From: an uncultured Candidatus Saccharibacteria bacterium
Lineage (GTDB): Bacteria; Patescibacteriota; JABMPQ01; JAQVVF01
Reading direction: 5' to 3'
Assembly: GCA_964574655.1 (NCBI GenBank)
Contig: CAZNOH010000001.1
Coordinates: forward strand, 400,247-464,246
Length of the DNA stretch: 64,000 nt
Positions 1 to 7,514 of the stretch are shown here, one piece after another. A program made the translations under genes and the position numbers. The stretch's first letter is position 1; each line of letters opens with the position of its first letter. A model generated the notes under the pieces. The model did not search any database, had not been told where the DNA came from, and saw nothing but the letters and a program-made list of their open reading frames with translations.

Positions 1-267
1 TTAATTGTTGCTTATCATGGCTCTTGGAATCGAACTGAACCAACAGGATACAAATTAGTTAAATATGATATGGATAAAGATGGTAATTATATAGTTGATG
101 AAAAAGGTGAGCCCAAAAACACTGATTTTATTTCTGGCTGGCTGACTACTGAAAAAGAATCTTTGGGAAGGCCAACTGGAATTTTGATTAAAGATAATGG
201 AGTTATGTATATTGCTGATGATAAAGCTGGCGTGATTTATCGAGTATTTTATAAAAAAGCTAGTTAA
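1..267 (+). CDS. C-terminal fragment (the gene starts upstream of the window) of a PQQ-dependent glucose/sorbosone dehydrogenase-family beta-propeller protein
   Basis: Open frame from base 1 in frame with ORF 70..267. The C-terminal motif GRPTGILIKDNGVMYIADDKAGVIYRV is typical of the soluble GSDH family. Confidence 0.4.
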   Translation, partial: LIVAYHGSWNRTEPTGYKLVKYDMDKDGNYIVDEKGEPKNTDFISGWLTTEKESLGRPTGILIKDNGVMYIADDKAGVIYRVFYKKAS

Positions 268-305
268 ACTAGTTAGATAAGTTAGACTAGTTAGACTGGT
301 TAAGC
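268..305. repeat. 9-bp tandem repeat (TAGTTAGAC-like) x4
   Basis: ctagttaga taagttaga ctagttaga ctggttaag lies directly after a stop codon and upstream of the NUDIX gene. Confidence 0.6.
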
Positions 306-312
306 TAAAAAT

Positions 313-801
313 ATGGCTAAGAAAATTTATACGCAAGTGTTTTGCGTTGTTGGGACAATTGTTGTAAAAGACAGCAAAATTTTATTGATTAAAGAAGCAG
401 GAACAGTTGATAAAGGCAAATGGAATTTACCAGCTGGCTGGCTTGATGTGGGAGAAAATCCAATTGATGGCGCAAAAAGAGAGGCAAAAGAAGAGACAGG
501 TTTGGATATAGAAATAACTGATTTTTTAGGCATTTATTCATTAGTGAGGGCTGATTTGGAAACAGTTGATGGATTTATTCGTCATCCGATAAAATTAATA
601 TTTATTGGAAAAATTGGCGGAGGAAAAATTAATAATGAAAGCAATACAGAAGTTGCTGAAGTGAAATGGTTTAGTTTGGAAGAAGTTGAAGAGATGTCAA
701 AAAATGAATTGAGAGATATTGATATCAAAAATCAATTTAAAGAATACTTGGCTGGTAAAAAATATCCATTAGAGATAATCAACCATGCAATTAAAAAATA
801 A
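313..801 (+). CDS. NUDIX hydrolase
   Basis: Nudix box GWLDVGENPIDGAKREAKEETGL (GX5EX7REUXEEXGU). Confidence 0.8.
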   Translation: MAKKIYTQVFCVVGTIVVKDSKILLIKEAGTVDKGKWNLPAGWLDVGENPIDGAKREAKEETGLDIEITDFLGIYSLVRADLETVDGFIRHPIKLIFIGKIGGGKINNESNTEVAEVKWFSLEEVEEMSKNELRDIDIKNQFKEYLAGKKYPLEIINHAIKK

Positions 802-810
802 TTATAAATT

Positions 811-1632
811 GTGAAAAAAATAAAATTTTTGATTTTGTTATCATTATTTTTAGTTTTGCCAGTTTTTGCTAGTACTTATACAATAGGCGAAATAGCAAAA
901 CATAATATAAAAGCAGATTGTTGGATATTGATTTCAGGCAAAGTTTATGATGTTACTGCATTTTTTGGTTATCATCCAGCAGGTGATTTAACGTTATTGC
1001 CTAATTGCGGCAAAGATGCCACAGATGCTTTTCAAACACAAGGCGGGCAAGAAACAGATCATAGGCCAACGACTTATTCTTTATTAGAAAAATATTACAT
1101 AGGCGATCTGCAAGGAAATATTTCTGTAAATGATCCTGTTGTTAATGAAATAAAAAAAGATACAAAGACTGTTGAAAAAAAAGCTATTAATGAGATAACT
1201 GATGAAGCAAAAATTGAAATAAATCAAGCTAATGAATTAGGCACTACTGCTGTTTTGACAAAAAAAGAAGTTACTCAGGATGCGACAAATTTTAAATATC
1301 CTGGTGCAATTGTCTCTGCTTCAATTATTTCGTTGATTTATATTGTTTTTGGAATTCTTTATCTTTTGTCTTCAAACAGATATTTGTTTAGGTTAAAAAT
1401 AAAAAAATTTACTAGCATTGTCTTGTTTATAACTTTCATATTTTCTGGTTTGATTGGATTATATCTAGCTTTTTTTAATAATGTTTATTTTGGAGAACAA
1501 TTAGATTTAAAATCTATTCATGTTTCTTTTTCTGTTGTTTTTGCTATTTCATCAATTATTTATATTATTTTGCATTTAAAACAAATTTTGAATTATTTAG
1601 CCATATCAAAACAAAAAGACAGTAATTTATGA
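811..1632 (+). CDS. Secreted/membrane protein with an N-terminal cytochrome b5-like heme-binding domain and C-terminal TM helices
   Basis: Signal peptide, then IAKHNIKADCWILISGKVYDVTAFFGYHPAGD...DATDAF (b5-family HPGG-type motif). The hydrophobic C-terminal third suggests TM helices. GTG start. Confidence 0.55.
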   Translation: MKKIKFLILLSLFLVLPVFASTYTIGEIAKHNIKADCWILISGKVYDVTAFFGYHPAGDLTLLPNCGKDATDAFQTQGGQETDHRPTTYSLLEKYYIGDLQGNISVNDPVVNEIKKDTKTVEKKAINEITDEAKIEINQANELGTTAVLTKKEVTQDATNFKYPGAIVSASIISLIYIVFGILYLLSSNRYLFRLKIKKFTSIVLFITFIFSGLIGLYLAFFNNVYFGEQLDLKSIHVSFSVVFAISSIIYIILHLKQILNYLAISKQKDSNL

Positions 1633-1740
1633 CGTAATAAGATTTATTTCATACTTTTTTGTTGATAACATTTTTTAAACTCGTGTTATACTTGTGGTGA
1701 CTAGTAAAAGCTTCAAATATAAATTGTTAAAATAAAAATA

Positions 1741-1786
1741 AAATAGCTGTTAGGTAATGTTCAATTCCATTGTAGCTATTTTTTGT
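1741..1786 (+). terminator. Hairpin plus T-run downstream of the b5-like gene
   Basis: AAATAGCT...AGCTATTT stem followed by TTTTTG. Confidence 0.35.
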
Positions 1787-1885
1787 CCTCTAATTTTGGA
1801 GATTCGGTTGAAAATTTGTTTTCGCAGAGTGAATCAAGCATAAAGATAATAAATTTAAATATTATATAAAAAATAAAATTAAAAT

Positions 1886-3769
1886 ATGAAGGATCAAAAC
1901 ACACAAACAAAAAAAGAGATAAATGTCGATGTTCTGTCGACCATAGATGAGTATTTAGGAAAAATGGATTGGCGAGTTTCAGCAAACGCAAATCAAGGCT
2001 ATTCTTTAGGCGGTATGATTTTAAATACTGCAGGAAAGGTAGTGGCTAATTATTGGTTGCATAAAATTTATCCAAAAGAAGTTGGTGAAGCTCATATCCA
2101 TGGTGATTATCATATCCATGATTTGGATATGTTCACTGGTTATTGCGCTGGATGGAGCATTAGGCAACTTTTGGAAGAAGGCTTTAATGGAGTTTCTGGC
2201 AAGGTTGAATCTGGGCCAGCAAAGCATCTAGAAACTGCTTTGGGACAAATGGTAAATTTTTTAGGAACATTGCAAAATGAGTGGGCTGGCGCGCAAGCTT
2301 TTTCATCTTTTGACACTTATTTGGCCCCCTTTGTTAAGATTGATAATTTGGATTATGAAAGAGTAAAGCAGTGTGTCCAGCAATTTGTTTTTAATCTTAA
2401 TGTTCCATCTCGTTGGGGAACACAAACTCCTTTTACGAATGTTACTTTAGATTGGGTTTGCCCAGAAGATATGAGAACAAGGAAGCCGGTAATTGGCGGC
2501 AAGGTCGTTGATTTTACTTATGGAGATTGCCAAAAAGAAATGGATATTGTTAATAAAGCTTTTATTGAGACAATGATTACAGGCGATAATAAGAGCAGAA
2601 TTTTTACTTTTCCAATTCCAACATACAATATTACAAAAGATTTTGATTGGGAAAATGAAAATGTGAAATTATTATTTGAAATGACAGCTAAATATGGTAC
2701 TCCTTATTTTCAGAATTTTTTAAATTCAAGCTTGAAGCCTTCTGATGTTAGAAGTATGTGCTGTAGATTACAATTAGACTTGCGTGAATTAAAAGCAAAA
2801 GGCGGAGGCTTGTTTGGCTCTGCAGAAATGACAGGCAGTGTTGGAGTAGTAACTATTAATTTGCCAAGAATTGGCTATTTAGCTAAAACAAAAGAGGAAT
2901 TTTTACAAAGATTAGAAAAATTAATGAGCTTGGCTAAAACTTCTCTAGAAATGAAAAGAAGAGTAATAGAGGAAAACATGGATAAGGGCTTGTTGCCTTA
3001 TACAAAACGCTATCTTGGATCATTGCATAATCATTTTTCGACAATTGGCGTTAATGGATCTAATGAAGCTTGTTTGAATTTTTTGGATAAAGATATTTCT
3101 CATCCAGAATCCAAGCAATTCATTCTTGATGTTTTGGATTTTATGAGAAAGAAATTAGCTGATTATCAAGAAGAGACAAATAATTTCTATAATTTGGAAG
3201 CAACTCCAGCAGAAGGTACAACATATAGATTTGCAAAAGAAGATCAAAAGAGATATCCAGATATTATTCAGGCAGGAACAAAAGAAGCCCCTTATTATAC
3301 AAATTCAACTCATTTGCCTGTCAGCTATACTGATAATCCAATGGAGGCATTAGACCATCAAGATGATTTACAAACTAGATACACCGGCGGAACAGTTTTG
3401 CATATGTTTTTAGGCGAAAGAATTATGAATTGGAAAGTTTGCCGAGATTTAGTTAAGAGAATCGCTGAGAATTATAGACTGCCTTATTTTACAATGACTC
3501 CCACGTTTAGTATTTGTCCAACGCATGGTTATTTGAATGGCGAGCAAAAGAATTGCCCAATTTGTGAGAAAGAATGTGAAGTATGGTCAAGAGTGATGGG
3601 ATATTTTAGGCCTGTCTCACAATGGAATAAGGGCAAACAAAGTGAATATGCTGAACGCAAAGAATATGAAATTAAGAATTTAAAATATGAAAATAGCCGG
3701 GTTTCAGAAATTAAGCCTATTAGAATACCCAGACAAGATTTGTGCAATAGTGTTTCTGCAGGGATGTAA
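1886..3769 (+). CDS. nrdD: Anaerobic ribonucleoside-triphosphate reductase (class III), NrdD
   Basis: 627 aa. C-terminal Zn-ribbon CPTHGY..CPIC and glycyl-radical motif RVMGYFRPV..WNKGKQSEY. The read-through tail overlaps nrdG. Confidence 0.9.
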   Translation: MKDQNTQTKKEINVDVLSTIDEYLGKMDWRVSANANQGYSLGGMILNTAGKVVANYWLHKIYPKEVGEAHIHGDYHIHDLDMFTGYCAGWSIRQLLEEGFNGVSGKVESGPAKHLETALGQMVNFLGTLQNEWAGAQAFSSFDTYLAPFVKIDNLDYERVKQCVQQFVFNLNVPSRWGTQTPFTNVTLDWVCPEDMRTRKPVIGGKVVDFTYGDCQKEMDIVNKAFIETMITGDNKSRIFTFPIPTYNITKDFDWENENVKLLFEMTAKYGTPYFQNFLNSSLKPSDVRSMCCRLQLDLRELKAKGGGLFGSAEMTGSVGVVTINLPRIGYLAKTKEEFLQRLEKLMSLAKTSLEMKRRVIEENMDKGLLPYTKRYLGSLHNHFSTIGVNGSNEACLNFLDKDISHPESKQFILDVLDFMRKKLADYQEETNNFYNLEATPAEGTTYRFAKEDQKRYPDIIQAGTKEAPYYTNSTHLPVSYTDNPMEALDHQDDLQTRYTGGTVLHMFLGERIMNWKVCRDLVKRIAENYRLPYFTMTPTFSICPTHGYLNGEQKNCPICEKECEVWSRVMGYFRPVSQWNKGKQSEYAERKEYEIKNLKYENSRVSEIKPIRIPRQDLCNSVSAGM

Positions 3770-4412
3770 TTTTAGATGTCCATTTTGCCATAATCCAGAA
3801 TTGGTCGGTGATCCTCCTTCGTCCTGCGGGACTTCGGAGGACGAGGTCTTCGGTTATTTGGTCAAGAAGAAGAAAATGCTAGATGGTGTTTGTATTACTG
3901 GCGGAGAGCCGACTATTTGGAAAGACTTGCCGGAATTTATTGTTGAGTTAAAAAAGCTTGGTTATTTTGTTAAGCTTGATACAAATGGATCTAATCCTGC
4001 GATGCTTGAAAAGCTTTATAAAAATAAATTGCTTGATTATGTTGCAATGGATTTGAAGGCTCCGTGGACGAGATATTCGGAAATTGGAATATTCGGAGCT
4101 TCGGAGCTTCGGAGCTTCGGAGCTTCGGAGCTTATGAAATTGGTTGAGAATTGTCGGAAGTCTTTTGAATTGATTCAAAATTCAGGAGTAGATCATGAAT
4201 TCAGGACAACTGTTTTTCCACAAAAGCATGTTGAAAATGATTTTATGGAAATGGCAAGTTATTTGAAATCTGGTGAAAAATATTATTTGCAGAATATTAG
4301 ATATATCAAGAATTTAGATCCTGCTTTAGATCAGAGCAAAAAGATTAATGTTAGCTTGGTTGTAAAAAATTTAAAGCAAAAATATCCTGATTTAATTGTT
4401 GAAGAAAGATGA
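3687..4412 (+). CDS. nrdG: Anaerobic RNR activating enzyme (radical SAM), NrdG, with in-frame repeat insertions
   Basis: N-terminal SLLEYPDKICAIVFLQGCNFRCPFCHNP (CxxxCxxC radical SAM). GGEP motif. Confidence 0.8.
   Translation: MKIAGFQKLSLLEYPDKICAIVFLQGCNFRCPFCHNPELVGDPPSSCGTSEDEVFGYLVKKKKMLDGVCITGGEPTIWKDLPEFIVELKKLGYFVKLDTNGSNPAMLEKLYKNKLLDYVAMDLKAPWTRYSEIGIFGASELRSFGASELMKLVENCRKSFELIQNSGVDHEFRTTVFPQKHVENDFMEMASYLKSGEKYYLQNIRYIKNLDPALDQSKKINVSLVVKNLKQKYPDLIVEER
3812..3848. repeat. GC-rich CTTCGG hairpin mini-element, copy A, in-frame inside nrdG
   Basis: atcctccttcgtcctgcgggacttcggaggacgagg. Stem TCCTCC/GGAGGA. It shares the loop and the motif with the copies at 6897 and 11058. Confidence 0.6.
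4092..4131. repeat. 8-bp tandem repeat (TTCGGAGC)x5 inside the nrdG coding sequence
   Basis: ttcggagc x5, translated in-frame as FGASELRSFGASEL. Confidence 0.85.
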
Positions 4413-4438
4413 TATTTAACAGTGAATACTATTTTTTG

Positions 4439-4468
4439 AATACAGAGTTTCAAATTCTGTATTTTTTT
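4439..4468 (+). terminator. Rho-independent terminator after nrdG
   Basis: atacagag-tttcaaat-tctgtat followed by T7. Confidence 0.5.
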
Positions 4469-4618
4469 GTTATTATAGATATAATTGTTCTATTGTTAAA
4501 TTGCTGAATTGTTGTTTCATTCGAATGTTTTTTTGAATAGAACTCTAATCAATTTTCAAATTAAAATCAGTATTCGAGATAAGTATTAGAACAATTCGAA
4601 AGGTATTAGTGTGAGGCA

Positions 4619-4643
4619 ATAAAAAAACGCTAGGAATAGCGTT
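4619..4643 (-). terminator. Rho-independent terminator for the minus-strand gene 4646..5149
   Basis: aaaaaaACGCTAggaaTAGCGTt. On the minus strand this reads as a hairpin plus T-run. Confidence 0.5.
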
Positions 4644-4645
4644 AG

Positions 4646-5149
4646 TTACAAAGAGCCGTCAATGATTTCTGTACAGCCAAAGTGCTTGCAGGTTTCTTTT
4701 GCTCGTTGGCATGGAGTTTCAGTGAGAAAGAGCTTGATTACTGGATCGCTTTGAATATCTCGCAGTTTGAGATTGGCGCGATTGGCAATTCCTGGATGAC
4801 TGGATAAGTGAAGAATTCCGAGATCTTTTTCAGCCTGTGGAATTTCACGTTGAACCTTGCGATTGGTGGAGCAAACGATTCCTCGTTTTCCTTGATACCA
4901 ATCACGAGATTCATCGGTCGTGCCCCAGACTCCATCGTATCTGATCATGTATTCGAGATCTTGGTTTGCCATTTGAAGATCAATCCTTGTATTTTCAATC
5001 CTTTCATTGATCTTGCCGAGTTGCATATCTTGCAAGCAAGTTTCATCACCATTACAGATAACGCGATCAAGTTCAGAACTGTCAGCATAGGCGATCAAGC
5101 TTCCGAATGCAATCAAAGGAATTACAATTAGCATGTCTGTTTGGCGCAT
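4646..5149 (-). CDS. Hypothetical secreted Cys-rich protein with atypically high GC and a strong SD
   Basis: Start chosen at MRQTD, preceded by GGAGGAAAAAGG. Signal peptide MLIVIPLIAFGSLIAYA. No recognisable domain. GC is visibly above the genome background. Confidence 0.4.
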   Translation of the reverse strand: MRQTDMLIVIPLIAFGSLIAYADSSELDRVICNGDETCLQDMQLGKINERIENTRIDLQMANQDLEYMIRYDGVWGTTDESRDWYQGKRGIVCSTNRKVQREIPQAEKDLGILHLSSHPGIANRANLKLRDIQSDPVIKLFLTETPCQRAKETCKHFGCTEIIDGSL

Positions 5150-5272
5150 CCTTTTTCCTCCGTTTTTGCCCCGCAACCTTTTTGGGGGCCTCTCTTTGAG
5201 AGACATAGAACGAGTATATGATAGAATTAAATAATTGTCAATCGTTTTTGTTAATTAAAAATCATACATACT

Positions 5273-6547
5273 ATGAAAAAGAAGTTACTATTGATATTAG
5301 GTTTTTTGTTGTTATTGCCTAATTTTGGCTATTCTAAGGCACAAGATTGGGGTGTTGTTTATAATTTGACAGAGTCTGATTTAGCTGTTTCTCAGCAGAT
5401 TTTTAATAGATCAAAGAGAATTGAAATTAAAATACCAGCAAATTTAATAGATGCTGAACAAATAAACATTAAATTTAAAAAGCTTGCAAAAGATGAGCAT
5501 AAAATTCCAGAAGGATATGAAGCAATCAGCAATATTTATCGCTATGAAATTTCTAATGAGACTGATGATTTTGTTTTATTAGGAAAAGTAAAAATTTTAT
5601 TAAAATATAATTCAAAGACATTTAATAAAAAAGGCGCATTTTATTGGGATTTTGATGAAAATAGATGGAATGAATTAAGAAGTAAAATTAATGATAGCAA
5701 GGATTTGGCGATTATAAAAACTGATATTGAAGATTTAGATATTGTTGTTTTAGAAAAAAGCAGCAAATCAAGCATTATTGAACCAACTAAGAAAGCTGAT
5801 GTTTCTGATCCAGATGTTTATTCTCTGGGAGGAGTATTGATGGATATAAAATCTGGCAAGATAATGTACTGCAAAGATTGTGATCGAAAGTTGACTTTAG
5901 CTTCAATGACAAAAATGATGACAGCTAATATTGTTCTGGAGTCTGGTTTAGATTTAAATAAAATTTATACTTATCAGCCACGGGATGATGCTGAGGGCCA
6001 GAGTGTTTGGCTGACAGCAGGTGATAGAATAAAAGTTGAAGACTTGCTTTATACGTCTTTAGTAAAATCAGCCAATAATGCAACTAACGCTTTGGCTCAT
6101 GCAACAGGAATGAGCGATGCTGAATTCGCTGCTAAAATGAATGAAAAAGCAAAAAAGGTGGGAGCAAATTCATGTTCTTTTTATGAGCCTTCTGGTTTGG
6201 ATTGGCGAAATGCTTGTACTCCTAAAGATTATGCTAAAGTTGCGATTGATGCTTTGAAAAAATTTAAAATCATGCAAGCATCAACAACTAAGGTCTATTC
6301 TTATCAAACTTTGGGAGGCAAAACTATTAGCGTGACTAATACTAATGCTTTGCTGAATAGTAATTTGTATATTTTGGGTGGAAAAACGGGCTATTTGCCA
6401 GAAATTGGCATGAATTTGATGACTAAAGCGCGAGATAAAAACGGGCATGAATTAATCGGAGTTGCTATTGGTTCTGGATCTTATTATGGTGTAACAAATG
6501 ATGTTGAAAAGATGTTGAGATGGGGGTTTAATAATTGGACATGGTGA
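5273..6547 (+). CDS. Serine-type D-Ala-D-Ala carboxypeptidase (S11, PBP5/DacA-like) with an N-terminal extra domain
   Basis: Signal peptide. SxxK (SMTK), SxN (SAN) and KTG (GGKTGY) motifs. Confidence 0.7.
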   Translation: MKKKLLLILGFLLLLPNFGYSKAQDWGVVYNLTESDLAVSQQIFNRSKRIEIKIPANLIDAEQINIKFKKLAKDEHKIPEGYEAISNIYRYEISNETDDFVLLGKVKILLKYNSKTFNKKGAFYWDFDENRWNELRSKINDSKDLAIIKTDIEDLDIVVLEKSSKSSIIEPTKKADVSDPDVYSLGGVLMDIKSGKIMYCKDCDRKLTLASMTKMMTANIVLESGLDLNKIYTYQPRDDAEGQSVWLTAGDRIKVEDLLYTSLVKSANNATNALAHATGMSDAEFAAKMNEKAKKVGANSCSFYEPSGLDWRNACTPKDYAKVAIDALKKFKIMQASTTKVYSYQTLGGKTISVTNTNALLNSNLYILGGKTGYLPEIGMNLMTKARDKNGHELIGVAIGSGSYYGVTNDVEKMLRWGFNNWTW

Positions 6548-6566
6548 TTAGATATTCGGAAATTGG

Positions 6567-6595
6567 TTGTGAAATTAGGGTTTTTTTGGTATAAT
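6567..6595 (+). promoter_or_regulatory. Sigma70-like promoter TTGTGA-N17-TATAAT for the BON-domain gene
   Basis: ttgtga aattagggtttttttgg tataat. Confidence 0.5.
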
Positions 6596-6663
6596 CAAAT
6601 TAAGCTTAAAGTTAAAAGTCTAAAATTAAAAGTAAAATCTTAAATTAAAAATAATTAAAATTT

Positions 6664-6897
6664 ATGTCAGAATTTTCAAACAGATCAGATAAGGATATCT
6701 TTCAAGATATCGAAAAATCTTTATTAGAAAATGAAGACGTTATGACTGATAATGTAAACGTGCAAGTTACAGGCGGAAAAGTGATTTTATCAGGTCCTGT
6801 TGAGTCTTTGGAGGAAAAACAAGGAATTGAAGATACTATTTCTGATATTCCGGGAGTGGCTATCATTGATAATGATTTGCAAATAGAGAAAATTTAA
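6664..6897 (+). CDS. BON (OsmY-like) domain protein
   Basis: VQVTGGKVILSGPVESLEEKQ...IPGVAIIDNDLQI pattern. Confidence 0.5.
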   Translation: MSEFSNRSDKDIFQDIEKSLLENEDVMTDNVNVQVTGGKVILSGPVESLEEKQGIEDTISDIPGVAIIDNDLQIEKI

Positions 6898-6927
6898 TCC
6901 TCCTTCGTCTGTAGGACTTCGGAGGAT
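6897..6927. repeat. GC-rich CTTCGG hairpin mini-element, copy B
   Basis: ATCCTCC-ttcgtctgtaggacttc-GGAGGAT. It overlaps the BON stop codon. Confidence 0.6.
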
Positions 6928-7009
6928 AATTGATTGGACGAAGATTTAGCACGTACTTGTAAAGATGTATTATAGATTGTAAAAAGATATACATTATTTA
7001 AAAACAAAA

Positions 7010-7384
7010 ATGCAAATTTTTTTAGATTATATTGAATGGTGGTATTCTTATGGTTTAATCAGAATGCTTAAGTATTTAAAAGCATTTATTTTAGTTTTGG
7101 TTGATACTTTCTCTGTAAAAATTTGTTTTTCGACATTATTTGCGCCATGGAAAAGAGATGCTGTTTCAACAGAAGGAATGAGTTTGCAAGAGAGATTTGG
7201 AGTGTGGGGTGGAAATCTGATTGCAAGATTATTTGGTTTTTTTATTAAATTTATAACTTTATTAATATTTTTAATCTGTTTTATAATTTTGCTTTGTTTT
7301 GAAATTGCTATTATAGTTATTTGGTTATTACTTCCAATGTTGCTGGTGGAAGGAATTGTAGTAGGTGTTATGTATTTAAGATAA
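7010..7384 (+). CDS. Hypothetical small membrane protein
   Basis: ORF with hydrophobic helices. No motif. Confidence 0.3.
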   Translation: MQIFLDYIEWWYSYGLIRMLKYLKAFILVLVDTFSVKICFSTLFAPWKRDAVSTEGMSLQERFGVWGGNLIARLFGFFIKFITLLIFLICFIILLCFEIAIIVIWLLLPMLLVEGIVVGVMYLR

Positions 7385-7499
7385 TCGCTAATATTTTGCT
7401 AATGTTTGCGAATTATTTGCAAATAAAGTAAAAAGCCTGGTTGAATAGTAAATTTTATTAGCAAATAATTAGCAAATATTTGCAAATGATTAGCGAAAT
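7385..7499. promoter_or_regulatory. Two phased arrays (4+4) of the TTTGCTAAT/TTAGCAAAT/ATTTGCAAAT motif upstream of the Clp ATPase gene
   Basis: GC(T/A/G)AAT cores at 7388, 7398, 7408, 7419 and 7461, 7472, 7482, 7493 (10-11 bp period). ATTTGCAAAT itself is palindromic. Confidence 0.55.
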
Positions 7500-7514
7500 A
7501 ACAAATGTTTTTTT

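Noticed and set aside
55-533. Minus-strand ORFs 55..336 and 327..533 overlapping the GSDH fragment and the NUDIX gene
   Set aside because: Low-complexity shadow ORFs antisense to well-supported genes, with no motifs.
1640-1885. NrdR box upstream of nrdD
   Set aside because: cgTGTTATACTTGTGg was inspected. It does not fit the acaCwAtATaTwGtgt palindrome consensus, and no nrdR gene is in the window.
4738-5131. ORFs 4808..5131 (+) and 4738..4935 (-)
   Set aside because: They overlap and shadow the minus-strand secreted-protein gene 4646..5149, which has the SD, signal peptide and terminator.
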